A DNA stretch of 28,574 nucleotides from Clostridiaceae bacterium (GCA_012841255.1 DUUZ01000040.1:1-28574); one strand, 5' to 3'; positions 1 through 8,668 are shown, counted from the first letter of the stretch. The notes: generated by a model from the letters alone, not told the origin. A program made the numbers and translations.

Positions 1-423
1 CTCTCTGTGAAACAAAACATAGGCGGAGTTCGAGTTTGAGCGTGACAGCTGCTCTTCCAGCACCAATCGGCGGGTGCAGCTGAAGCTGTACTCGTAAAGA
101 TCATCATCAAGATATAGGGTGACAGCGAAATGGCTGGGCTTTTCCTGAAGCTTTACATCGTATTTATTGGGTTCAAGATTTCTTGACAGGAAATGATCGT
201 TCCAATTGGTGACAAAATTCTTCATAAATTCGATCGACGTGATGAATGCACTCTTTCCAGAAGCATTCCCCCCGAAAAGAATAGCATTGGGCAGAAGGCG
301 GATTCCGAACTTCTTAAGCCGGGTCAGACGCTCCCCATGCTGCTGCTCCTTGGTCGCCTGCAGGGACAAAGAGACGGGTTCTGTAAAAAGACGCCAGTTT
401 GAAACTGTAAAATCCAAGAGCAT
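1..423 (-). CDS. AAA_21/COG1106-type ATP-binding protein (RloA/AbiEii-like), N-terminal 141 aa; continues beyond the window start
   Basis: Translated by hand, absent from the ORF track. RBS GAGGAGG then ATG at 423. Open frame to position 1: MLLDFTVSNWRLFTEPVSLSLQATKEQQH...LLPNAILFGGNASGKSAFI. The Walker A (GxNASGKS) and the N-terminal 'F.VSN...F...V.LS' pattern match this family. Confidence 0.8.
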   Translation of the reverse strand, partial: MLLDFTVSNWRLFTEPVSLSLQATKEQQHGERLTRLKKFGIRLLPNAILFGGNASGKSAFITSIEFMKNFVTNWNDHFLSRNLEPNKYDVKLQEKPSHFAVTLYLDDDLYEYSFSCTRRLVLEEQLSRSNSNSAYVLFHRE

Positions 424-562
424 AAGCACCTCCTCGGACAGTTTACCGGATATAGTGATATAATTCAAGAGACGATGCGAAAATATCGCGTCTTATGCCG
501 AACGGAATTCTCCGCTCTCAGATATCCTGGAGATGCGGGATGAACAGATAAGAGGAATGATA

Positions 563-1429
563 ATGCTGGATCACAATAGAAAATACGGAATTTTCACCTG
601 GTTCGGCTACGCCCGGCCCATGGAAGAGAAGCTGGATCTGATCAAAGCCGCAGGCTTCCATTCCGTGTGCAGCTGGTGGGGCGACAGCTTCAGCGGATTG
701 GACGGGCCCAAGGAAGAAATAGCCTTTCTTGCGGCCGCCAGAGGACTGCATTTGGAGAATGCCCACATGCCTTACGAAGAGCAGGATCTGCTCTGGCAGG
801 ATACAGAAGCCGGTGAGGATCTTCACAAGAAACTGGAGGCAGATATCTTGAAGGCCGCCGAGGTGGGCATCCCTGTCCTGGTGATCCATCCTTACCGGTC
901 AAGGCGGGTCCTCTTAGAAGGGCAAGAAGCTCTCTTCTTCCGGAGGGCCAGACAGCTGGGTGAGGCGGCCGGCCGTAGAGGGGTCCTTCTGGCCTGGGAG
1001 AATCTGAAAGAAAGCCGCCTGCTTCGCACTTTAATGGAAGAACTGGCAGATCAGGAGAATTCAGGTTTTTGCCTGGACACGGGCCACGCCAATATCAGCC
1101 GGGACGGTGCTCTTTCCCTCCTGACCGACTTTCCTGACAAGCTCTTTGCCCTCCACCTCCACGACAATGACGGAAAAGAGGACCAGCACCTCATGCCCGG
1201 CCAGGGCACTTTTCCCTGGCAAGATTTCATGGACAAGCTGAATAAGACGGAATACCAAGGATCTTTGATGTTGGAGTCTTCATATCCCTACGATGAAAAA
1301 AGAGCAGAGGAGCTGGGAAATCCCCCCTACCTGGAACCCGGCCTCCCGCCGGAGGAATACCTGCAAGAGGCTTTCGAATCTGTCTGCAGGCTTGATGCAG
1401 ACTGGAACTTTTCCGGAAGCCTGGGCTGA
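563..1429 (+). CDS. Sugar phosphate isomerase/epimerase (AP_endonuc_2, xylose-isomerase-like TIM barrel)
   Basis: Metal-ligand motifs WENL, CLDTGH, LHLHDN, HLMPG and MLES are present. RBS AGAGGA at 551-556 favours ATG 563; 533 and 557 are alternative starts. Confidence 0.8.
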   Translation: MLDHNRKYGIFTWFGYARPMEEKLDLIKAAGFHSVCSWWGDSFSGLDGPKEEIAFLAAARGLHLENAHMPYEEQDLLWQDTEAGEDLHKKLEADILKAAEVGIPVLVIHPYRSRRVLLEGQEALFFRRARQLGEAAGRRGVLLAWENLKESRLLRTLMEELADQENSGFCLDTGHANISRDGALSLLTDFPDKLFALHLHDNDGKEDQHLMPGQGTFPWQDFMDKLNKTEYQGSLMLESSYPYDEKRAEELGNPPYLEPGLPPEEYLQEAFESVCRLDADWNFSGSLG

Positions 1430-1451
1430 TGAAAGCTGGCGCAGAGCTTGC

Positions 1452-2048
1452 CTATAGATGAAGAAGCGGCTGAAAGTCCGAAAAAAGCCCCTCCCTCTCC
1501 CAAAGCTCCGGGTCTACCGTAATGTCAAAGCCCTGAGCCAGGGGAACCGCCCAGTCAAAGAAAGATTTCCCGGGATCGGCAAAGCGGTGCATAACAGCCC
1601 GGATACTGCCGCCGTGGGCCACCACCGCCAAGAGGTCTTCCTGAGTCAGAAGTGCCCGGTCAACAAGGCCCCGGAAGGCCCCTTCGGCTCTTTTTTGAAA
1701 AGAAGGAAGATCCTCACCCCCGGGACAGGCCGTCATGCAGTGATTGTCCAGCCATTTCCGGTAGCGGGGGTCGTCCGTCATTTCATCAGCCGTCTTCCCC
1801 TCAAACTCCCCGAAATCCATCTCGGAAAGGCCGGGCACAATAATTTGCCGGGCATCAGGGAAGAAGAGTCTGGCCGTTTCACGGGCCCTTTGAAGCGGAC
1901 TGGTATAAACCTTATGGATATCGTCCCGGCTCCCGGTTCTCCTGGCGTCCCCGATTCCCTCATGACTTAAGGAGAGGTCCGTCCGTCCCCAGTAACGGCC
2001 TTCCCGGCTGCCGGGAACCGCAGCATGGCGAAGGAGGAGGATCCTCAT
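1452..2048 (-). CDS. cobC: Histidine phosphatase, probable alpha-ribazole/adenosylcobalamin phosphatase
   Basis: LLRHA (RHG variant), SPLQRARETA, EMDFGEFEG and HGGSIR motifs. Last gene of the cob salvage operon. ATG 2048 overlaps the upstream stop (ATGA). Confidence 0.8.
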   Translation of the reverse strand: MRILLLRHAAVPGSREGRYWGRTDLSLSHEGIGDARRTGSRDDIHKVYTSPLQRARETARLFFPDARQIIVPGLSEMDFGEFEGKTADEMTDDPRYRKWLDNHCMTACPGGEDLPSFQKRAEGAFRGLVDRALLTQEDLLAVVAHGGSIRAVMHRFADPGKSFFDWAVPLAQGFDITVDPELWEREGLFSDFQPLLHL

Positions 2049-2398
2049 GAGAGGTCTTCTTTCAAAATAACGGGAATACCGCAGACCATGCGGACGACCT
2101 TTTCCGCCCGGGCGGCCAGCCGGCTGCAAAGGCGGCCGACCGCTTCCCTCCCGGCCCGGTCATGGGCCAGAGCTGGAATGATTCCGCTTCCCACCTCGTG
2201 GCAAACCACAAGGTCCTTCTCCAAAAGGGCATCGAAGAGGTCCATGGCTTTTTCAGGATGAGGGAAGACCAGGTTCTGAAGATTATAGAGAACAGGCCGC
2301 TCATCCATGACCGCATCCGCCACCATGGAATCCTCATAGCCCAGTTCCCGGACATAGTCTCTTTTTCCCGAGCCGACACCGCCGATTACAAGGATCAT
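2045..2398 (-). CDS. Short (117 aa) CobU-like protein
   Basis: P-loop GGVGSGK and the CobU C-terminal motif EVGSGIIP...REAVGR...VCGIP are present. The central His-containing segment is absent. ATG 2398 overlaps the cobS stop. Confidence 0.75.
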   Translation of the reverse strand: MILVIGGVGSGKRDYVRELGYEDSMVADAVMDERPVLYNLQNLVFPHPEKAMDLFDALLEKDLVVCHEVGSGIIPALAHDRAGREAVGRLCSRLAARAEKVVRMVCGIPVILKEDLS

Positions 2399-3159
2399 AG
2401 AACAACCGTCCTTCCGATTAAGACTAAAAGAATCAGCTCTGTCATCTGAAGCCAATAGCCGGCCAGATCACCGTTCATGCCGCCAAAGTGCCTGACGGAT
2501 ATCTGCCGGATATGAAGCGAATACAAGAGGACCAGGGCGGCGGGGATTAAAGCCGGCCAGCCTGAGGTCCAGTAAAGACCCGCCAGAGTCAGAAGCAGCC
2601 AGAAGATAAGGGCAGCCGTTACAGGTCCCCTTTTAGCCGCCTTCGAAAGAGAGGCAAAGAAACCATCTTCTCTGGCCGCAGGATAATAAACAAGTCCGAA
2701 AGCCACCAGGGTCCGGCCAAGGACATGGGCCAGTCCCAGGGCAGCCAGCTTTTTGGGATCTGGCGGCCACTCTGAGGCAAACGCCAGGTAGGCCGCCATA
2801 TAGGCCGCCAGGGAGATGATGGCAAAGGCGCCGGTTCTGGGATCTGCCAGGATTTCCTGTTTCTTCTCCATGGGTGCCCGGCTGGCCAGGGCGTCAGCGG
2901 TATCGCAAAAACCGTCCAGATGGATACCGCCCGTCACGGCCAGGGGAATCAGGGTCAGGCCGGCTGCAAAAACGAAAGTACCAAATGCCAGGATCCGGCT
3001 GAGCCAAAGCCAGGCCTGCAGCAGGAGGCCGATAAGAACCCCGACCAGGGGGAAGGCCGCCGGCAGGTAGCGCATATTGTCTTCCGACCAGTCCAGTTTG
3101 GGCATGGGGAGCTTGGTGAAGAAGGCCAGGGCCAGGCTGATGGAGCGGAGTATTCTCAC
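2395..3159 (-). CDS. cobS: Adenosylcobinamide-GDP ribazoletransferase (cobalamin synthase)
   Basis: FFTKLP, TGGIHLDGFCDTADAL, DPRTGAF and GGMNGDLAG motifs; hydrophobic membrane protein. Confidence 0.93.
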   Translation of the reverse strand: MRILRSISLALAFFTKLPMPKLDWSEDNMRYLPAAFPLVGVLIGLLLQAWLWLSRILAFGTFVFAAGLTLIPLAVTGGIHLDGFCDTADALASRAPMEKKQEILADPRTGAFAIISLAAYMAAYLAFASEWPPDPKKLAALGLAHVLGRTLVAFGLVYYPAAREDGFFASLSKAAKRGPVTAALIFWLLLTLAGLYWTSGWPALIPAALVLLYSLHIRQISVRHFGGMNGDLAGYWLQMTELILLVLIGRTVVL

Positions 3160-3677
3160 GGCAGCTCTCCTTTCAGGACCAGGGGGATCCCGGCTGCAAG
3201 TTCCGCCAGGCTATCAAAGCGGGCGGCGAATGCCCTGTTCAGCCGGCCCAGGAGCTGGATATAGGCCTGGGTTCCCGGGCCGTACGGATAACCGTCACTT
3301 CCCACTTCATTGGTGACCAGGATCAGGTTCCGGCTTTTCTTTTCCAGCTCTTCCAGGTCATCCAGAATCTTATTATAGACGTCCAGCATCCGGCCTTCCC
3401 GGTCGAACATTTCATTGGCCAGGAGATTGCAGAGGCATTCGACCAGGATGGTTCCGGCTTCATCAAAATCAAGTCCGCCCAGGTCTTTGGGTCTTTCGAT
3501 GGTGATGAAGCCCTTGCCTGCCCGCATCCCCTGGTGCCGGATGACCTTCTTTCGGGCCTCTTCATCCATGACTTCCATGGTGGCGATGTAATAATGGGGC
3601 GGGGGAAGCAAAAGAGAGAGTTTCTCCGCATAAGTGGACTTCCCTGAAGCCGAACCGCCTGTCAGAAGAATACGCAC
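3156..3677 (-). CDS. cobU: Adenosylcobinamide kinase/adenosylcobinamide-phosphate guanylyltransferase
   Basis: GGSASGKS P-loop; YIATM...DEE...RHQGMR (catalytic His); ECL.NLLANEMF; VTNEVG; AGIP. Confidence 0.88.
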   Translation of the reverse strand: MRILLTGGSASGKSTYAEKLSLLLPPPHYYIATMEVMDEEARKKVIRHQGMRAGKGFITIERPKDLGGLDFDEAGTILVECLCNLLANEMFDREGRMLDVYNKILDDLEELEKKSRNLILVTNEVGSDGYPYGPGTQAYIQLLGRLNRAFAARFDSLAELAAGIPLVLKGELP

Positions 3678-3684
3678 GGTGCTC

Positions 3685-4734
3685 TCACATCCCGATGTCT
3701 TCGAAGGTCATCAGACTCTTGTAGACAGCCAGCGCCATGTCAATCAGGGGAAGGGCGGCAACCGCTCCCGTGCCTTCGCCCAGCCTCATCTTGGCACGGA
3801 TCAGGGGGGAGAGACCCAGGGCTCCCAGGACCGCTTCGCCTGCCGGTTCGGCAGACTGGTGGCTGGCCAGCATAAAGTCTTGGGAAGTGGGGCAGAATCT
3901 GGAAGCCAGCAAGGCGGCGACCCCGCTGATCAGGCCGTCAATCAGCACCGGGATCCCGCATAGGGCAGCTCCCAGGAAGACGCCGCAAAGGGCGGCGATG
4001 TCAAAACCTCCCAATTTGTGCAGCAGGTCCAGAGGATCGTCCGGATCCGGATTGTTGACTTCGATCGCCTTTCTAATGGCCTGAATTTTGCGGTTCAGTC
4101 CCTCATCATCCAGACCGGCCCCCCGGCCGGTGACAGCTTGGGGGGATAGTCCCAGGAGCTGCGAGGCCAGAGCGCTTGAGGTGGTCGTATTGCCGATTCC
4201 CATTTCCCCTGTGACCAGGATGTCATAGCCCAGGGCCTTCATATCTGAAACAAGTTCCACCCCCGCGAGGATGGCCTCTTGCGCCTCTTGGCGGCTCATG
4301 GCGGGGCCCAGGGTCATATCGGCCGTACCTGCGGCAATCCGGCGGTCCAGGATGCTGCTTTTCTCCAAAGGCCGAAACATTCCCATGTCTACGGTGATGA
4401 CATCGGCACCCGCCTGGTCGGCCATGATGCAGACCGAGGACCGGCCGGCTGCAATAAAACTTGCCATGACGGCTGTGATTTCCCCGGGCGTTCCGGCAAC
4501 TCCCTGGGCCAGGACGCCGTTGTCGGCACACATGACCAGGACGGCCCGTTTCCCGATGCTGACATCCGCCCGCCTTTGGATGCCGGCCAGGCGGACGATT
4601 GTATCCTCCAGCAGGCCCAGGCTGCCGACGGGTTTGGCGATGCTGTTCCAGCGGGCCCGGGCCTGGCCCATGGCTTCAGAGTCCGACCCTTGGACACTTT
4701 CGAGACTTTTAATCAGAGTATTCCAGTTTTGCAT
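3685..4734 (-). CDS. cobT: Nicotinate-nucleotide:dimethylbenzimidazole (lower-ligand) phosphoribosyltransferase
   Basis: AKPVGSLGLLE, CADNGV, GEMGIGNTT, GGFDIAAL and RLGEGTGA motifs. Confidence 0.95.
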   Translation of the reverse strand: MQNWNTLIKSLESVQGSDSEAMGQARARWNSIAKPVGSLGLLEDTIVRLAGIQRRADVSIGKRAVLVMCADNGVLAQGVAGTPGEITAVMASFIAAGRSSVCIMADQAGADVITVDMGMFRPLEKSSILDRRIAAGTADMTLGPAMSRQEAQEAILAGVELVSDMKALGYDILVTGEMGIGNTTTSSALASQLLGLSPQAVTGRGAGLDDEGLNRKIQAIRKAIEVNNPDPDDPLDLLHKLGGFDIAALCGVFLGAALCGIPVLIDGLISGVAALLASRFCPTSQDFMLASHQSAEPAGEAVLGALGLSPLIRAKMRLGEGTGAVAALPLIDMALAVYKSLMTFEDIGM

Positions 4735-4746
4735 TCTTGATCCTTT

Positions 4747-5505
4747 TTATCTTTGCCATTGTGACAGCATGTCCCGCATCCAGGCGAAGACATCCATGCC
4801 GTAGACCCGGTTCAGGTTTTCCTCCGTCAGGACCTCCTGGATGGGGCCCCGGGCCTCCAGCCGGCCCTTGTCCAAAAGGAGAGCCCGGCTGCCGTAGGCC
4901 CGGGCGGGTCCCAGATCGTGGACGACCGAGACGATGGCCCGGCCGGGTGATTTCAGCCATTCTTTCAACAGGCCGAAGGTTTGCTTCTGATAGACCAGAT
5001 CCAGGTGGTTGGTCGGTTCATCCAGAAGGAGGAGGCTGGGGTTCTGAGCCAGGAGCTGGGCCAGGAAGACCCGCTGGATCTCTCCCCCCGAAAGAGTCAG
5101 GACGGATTGTCCGAGGAGGGGCCCCAGACCCGTCATTTCAACAGCCTCCCGGACATAGGTTTCATCCTCTTCCCGGGGCCTGGAAAAGATTCCCGGTGTG
5201 TAGGCATAGCGGCCCAGACGGATGACTTCCTCCACCGTAAAGGAATAGTTGAAATAGTGATGCTGGGAGAGAATGCCCAGGAGCCGGGCCCGCTCATGAG
5301 CCTTATAACTCCGGATATCCCGGCCCGCAAGATCGATGCTGCCGGTATAGGGGGCGCCCTGGGCCACGGCGTTGATGATGGTGCTCTTGCCGGCCCCGTT
5401 GGGCCCCGCGACCATGAGCCAGTCCCCTTCTTCCACATGGAAACTGACCTGATCCAGGATGGTCAGATCGCCATAGCGGACGGTCAGATCCTTGACCTTA
5501 AGCAT
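4747..5505 (-). CDS. Corrinoid/iron-chelate ABC transporter ATP-binding protein (BtuD-like)
   Basis: GPNGAGKS, LSGGEIQR, LLLDEPTNHLD and VVHDL motifs. Start ATG 5505 overlaps the permease 3' end. Confidence 0.9.
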   Translation of the reverse strand: MLKVKDLTVRYGDLTILDQVSFHVEEGDWLMVAGPNGAGKSTIINAVAQGAPYTGSIDLAGRDIRSYKAHERARLLGILSQHHYFNYSFTVEEVIRLGRYAYTPGIFSRPREEDETYVREAVEMTGLGPLLGQSVLTLSGGEIQRVFLAQLLAQNPSLLLLDEPTNHLDLVYQKQTFGLLKEWLKSPGRAIVSVVHDLGPARAYGSRALLLDKGRLEARGPIQEVLTEENLNRVYGMDVFAWMRDMLSQWQR

Positions 5506-6538
5506 GGCCGGTTTTCCTGGCTCTATGGAAGATGAAGACAAAGACGATGGCTCCCACAAAAGAGGTGACAACGCCCAGAGGCAACTCAACTGGATTCAGC
5601 AGCATGCGGGCCAGGAGGTCAGCCAGCATGAGGAAGATGGCGCCGCCGAAAAGCGAGGCGGGGAAGAGCTTCTTGTGGTTGGGTCCCGTGATCATGCGGA
5701 CCATGTGAGGGGTGACAAGGCCGACAAAGCCGATGGTTCCGCCGATGGAGACGGAAACACCGATGAGAACCGAGACGGAGATCATGACGGTCAGCTTGAC
5801 CCTCCTGGTATTGATGCCGATATGGCGGGCATTATCCTCGCCGATGGCGAAGGCATTCAGTTCCCGTGCATGGAGCAGGATGACGCCCCCGAAGACCAAA
5901 AGGGCCCCGAGGAGAATGAGGGCGTTGCCGTAGCTGCTGCCATTCAGACTCCCCATGGTCCAGAAGGTGATCTGACGGACCCGGTCGGAGGCGTAGGTGA
6001 TGATGAAGGACATGATGCTGGACACAAACATGGAATAGATAACCCCGATCAGGATGATGGTGTTGGTCGATAGCGAGTAATCCAGCCGGTAGGCCAGAGC
6101 CAGGATGATGATCAGGGAGAGAAAGGCGAAAAGAATGGCCATGACCATGGTCCCCGCGAAGGGCAGGGAGGGCATGGTGATCCCGAAGGCGATTGCGATG
6201 ACAGCCCCCAGGGAGGCTCCGGAGGAAACCCCCAAAGTGGATCCGTCAGCCAGGGGATTGCGGAGGAGTCCCTGCATGGCGCCGCCGCAAAGAGAGAGGG
6301 CAGCCCCTGTCAGGGCAACCGAGAGAACCCGGGGCAGACGGACCGCCAGGATGATGGAGGGTGAAACGGCTGTTTCAGGCAGGGGAAGTCTCCAAAGGGC
6401 ATTCCAGATCAGGGTCACGGTGTCGGGGAGGGGCACGCGGACAGAGCCCAGCGACACGGAGACCGCAAAAGTCACGAACGTGAGGCCGGCAAAGAGAAGA
6501 TATTCAAAGGGGCGAAAGCCCTCCCGTCTCTTGTGCAT
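5498..6538 (-). CDS. Corrinoid ABC transporter permease (FecCD/BtuC family)
   Basis: VRLPRVL, QGLLRNPLAD...LGVSSGA and GFVGLVTPH motifs; RBS GGAGG. Confidence 0.92.
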   Translation of the reverse strand: MHKRREGFRPFEYLLFAGLTFVTFAVSVSLGSVRVPLPDTVTLIWNALWRLPLPETAVSPSIILAVRLPRVLSVALTGAALSLCGGAMQGLLRNPLADGSTLGVSSGASLGAVIAIAFGITMPSLPFAGTMVMAILFAFLSLIIILALAYRLDYSLSTNTIILIGVIYSMFVSSIMSFIITYASDRVRQITFWTMGSLNGSSYGNALILLGALLVFGGVILLHARELNAFAIGEDNARHIGINTRRVKLTVMISVSVLIGVSVSIGGTIGFVGLVTPHMVRMITGPNHKKLFPASLFGGAIFLMLADLLARMLLNPVELPLGVVTSFVGAIVFVFIFHRARKTGHA

Positions 6539-6548
6539 GGTGTCCTCC

Positions 6549-6578
6549 AGGGCCGGCGGGTATCCCCCCGCCGGCCTT
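6549..6578 (-). other. Intergenic GC-rich stem-loop between the binding-protein and permease genes
   Basis: GGCCGGCGGG (6551-6560) pairs perfectly with CCCGCCGGCC (6567-6576). It lies directly upstream of the permease RBS and has no U tract on the minus strand. Confidence 0.65.
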
Positions 6579-6588
6579 GTTTCTTTAA

Positions 6589-7590
6589 TCAGGCGGCTTC
6601 ATCCAGGACCGATTCGTGGTCCATGATGAAATCGAAGAGCATTCTGGCGCCCTCGGCCAGACGGGGTCCGGGCCGGGACAGTTCATTGTCGGGCAGATTG
6701 AGGACCAGGCCGTTTTTGACGGCGCTGACTGTATCCCAGCCGGTCCGTGCAAGAATTTCGTCAACCGGCTCAGGGCCTTCCCCGAAGTACATGGAGATGG
6801 TCAGGATCAGGTCGGGATCCCGCTCCAAGACCTGCTCCTCGGAGATCTCGCTCCAGCCGCTGATATCGGCAAAAGCGTTGTCGAGGCCGATCAGATTTGC
6901 AATTTCATCCATGAAAGTCCCCTGGCCGGCAGTCCAAAGTCCCCATTCCAGCGGGGAGACTTCAAAGTAGATGCCTTTGCCGGAAAGACTCTCTGCCATG
7001 ACCGCAACTTCATCAAATGTGGTCTTCATGGAGGTGATGACCGCTTGCGCTTCCGCGTCTTTGCCCATCAGGCTACCGATCATGGTGATGGCCGTGTAGA
7101 CTCCCTCGATATCCATGGCGTCGGAGACCACGCACTTGATGCCGGCGGCCTCAAGTGCGGCCACCTGCTCTTCGGACTGGGCCATGGTGCTCATGAGGAG
7201 AATCTGCGGATCAAGGTCAATGATCTGTTCCAGGTTGGTTTCAGCCCCGGACTGGACGGCCGGGACTTCCAGGACTTCCGCCGGATAATCGCAGTACTCC
7301 CCCCGGCCGACCAGGGCATCCCCGGCTCCGATGGCGTAGAGGATCTCACAGTCGGCGGCTGTGAGTGCCACCACCCGGCTGGCCGGTTCGTCCAGCGTGA
7401 TGGTCCGGCCGGTCATGTCGGTCACTGTAATGGACTGATCTGCCGGTTCCGTGGACTGGACCGGATGGCTTTCCGCAGGAGCCGATTCCGATTGCGAAGG
7501 GTCCGGCGTTTCGGGCTTGGCGCATCCTGCAATCAACAGGGCGATCAGGATCAGCCCCGAGAGGATGGTCAGAAGTTTCTTGTGTTTCAT
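6589..7590 (-). CDS. Corrinoid ABC transporter substrate-binding lipoprotein (BtuF-like)
   Basis: Signal peptide with LIAGC lipobox; TVTDMTGRTITL..PASRVVAL; EILYAIG; SRPGPR. First gene after the B12 riboswitch. Confidence 0.9.
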   Translation of the reverse strand: MKHKKLLTILSGLILIALLIAGCAKPETPDPSQSESAPAESHPVQSTEPADQSITVTDMTGRTITLDEPASRVVALTAADCEILYAIGAGDALVGRGEYCDYPAEVLEVPAVQSGAETNLEQIIDLDPQILLMSTMAQSEEQVAALEAAGIKCVVSDAMDIEGVYTAITMIGSLMGKDAEAQAVITSMKTTFDEVAVMAESLSGKGIYFEVSPLEWGLWTAGQGTFMDEIANLIGLDNAFADISGWSEISEEQVLERDPDLILTISMYFGEGPEPVDEILARTGWDTVSAVKNGLVLNLPDNELSRPGPRLAEGARMLFDFIMDHESVLDEAA

Positions 7591-7639
7591 GGGTGTAAAA
7601 CCCCTTTCAAATATTCAAATGAACATAATGGAAGGAGTC

Positions 7640-7666
7640 AAAAAAGCTCCTTGGACCAAGGAGCTT
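7640..7666 (-). terminator. Intrinsic terminator (expression platform) of the cobalamin riboswitch
   Basis: Perfect 11-bp inverted repeat AAGCTCCTTGG/CCAAGGAGCTT (7644-7666), followed by a U run on the minus strand. Confidence 0.85.
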
Positions 7667-7709
7667 CTCTTATGCAAATAGCTCTCCCCGCCCCCCAAGT
7701 GGATAATGT

Positions 7710-7850
7710 GTAATCAGGTAGCCCGACTTAGTCTGCCCTGTAAGGCTGAGACATCACGGTTATTGGGATAGTTCGGAATTCTCATCCGATTCCCCCCGGA
7801 ATCTTTACGATTCCGCGCCGAAGCGAAAAACACACGCTATATTCATTTGT
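7710..7850 (-). ncRNA. Cobalamin riboswitch (compact variant); boundaries approximate
   Basis: Minus strand reads GGGGAAUCGG-AUGAGAAU-UCCGAACUAUCCCAAUAACCGUGA...UAAGUCGGGCUACCUG. This resembles the GGGAA / T-loop / CCC..AC.GU / AAG.C.G..ACCUG pattern. It precedes a terminator and a corrinoid transport/salvage operon. Confidence 0.8.
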
Positions 7851-7856
7851 AACTTC

Positions 7857-7886
7857 AAATTACATGAGGGACGGGCGGATTGTCAA
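7857..7886 (-). promoter_or_regulatory. Putative sigma-A promoter for the B12 operon
   Basis: TTGACA at 7886-7881. A TGTAAT/TAATTT -10 candidate lies 16-18 nt downstream, just before the riboswitch. Confidence 0.5.
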
Positions 7887-7912
7887 TTGAAGTAACGCTC
7901 CGCCCCCTCTTG

Positions 7913-8668
7913 TCATCCCTTTCTAAAGCGCTTCAGGAAATCCCGGGTTTCCGGCTGACGGGGATCTTCGAAGAGTTCTTGGGGCCGGCCGTTCTCGTGA
8001 ATCTTCCCCTCATGCATGAAGATGACTCTGCTTGAGACATCCCGGGCGAAGGCCATTTCATGGGTGACGGCCAGCATGGTCATGCCCTCCTGGGCAAGCC
8101 TCTGCATGACCTCCAGGACCTCGCCCACCATCTCGGGGTCAAGGGCGGAGGTGGGTTCATCGAAAAGCAGGATGTCCGGCTCCATGGCCAGGGCCCGGGC
8201 AATGGCCGCCCTTTGCTGCTGGCCTCCGGAAAGCTGGCCGGGGCGGGCCTTGATGTAGGGCGCCATGCCAACTTTGTCCAGATAGTCCAGGGCACGGGAC
8301 CGGGCCTCTTCTTTTGTTTTTTTCAGGACCCGAACCTGGCCTGCGACGCAGTTGTCCAGGACCGTCATATTCCGGAAGAGGTTGAAGGATTGGAAGACCA
8401 TGCCCACCCGGGTCCGGTAGGCATTGACATCCATGCCGCCTTCCAGGATGTTTTGCCCCCTGTAAAGGATACGGCCTCCGGAGGGTGTCTCAAGCAGGTT
8501 GATGCAGCGCAGGAGGGTGGACTTGCCCGAACCGGAGGCCCCGATGATGCTGACCACATCCCCCTCATGAACGTCGAAGTTGATGCCGGTCAAAACCTGG
8601 TTTTTCCCGAAGGATTTGGTCAGGTCCCTGACCTCCATGACCGGATTTATCCGGTTCATGCCGCTCAT
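7913..8668 (-). CDS. Polar amino acid ABC transporter ATP-binding protein (GlnQ family)
   Basis: [35 protein letters not shown] and VTHEM motifs. Confidence 0.95.
   Translation of the reverse strand: MSGMNRINPVMEVRDLTKSFGKNQVLTGINFDVHEGDVVSIIGASGSGKSTLLRCINLLETPSGGRILYRGQNILEGGMDVNAYRTRVGMVFQSFNLFRNMTVLDNCVAGQVRVLKKTKEEARSRALDYLDKVGMAPYIKARPGQLSGGQQQRAAIARALAMEPDILLFDEPTSALDPEMVGEVLEVMQRLAQEGMTMLAVTHEMAFARDVSSRVIFMHEGKIHENGRPQELFEDPRQPETRDFLKRFRKG

Noticed and set aside
193-463. Plus-strand ORFs 193..402 and 206..463
   Set aside because: Antisense to the RBS-supported ATPase frame, which the track omitted because it has no stop in the window.
6616-7713. Long plus-strand ORFs antisense to real genes (e.g. 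6616..7713, 9482..10468, 22839..23798, 25784..26866, 8683..9507; also the minus-strand 15889..16794)
   Set aside because: Shadow ORFs caused by high-GC codon bias. Each lies opposite a gene with clear family motifs and has no RBS or recognisable domain.
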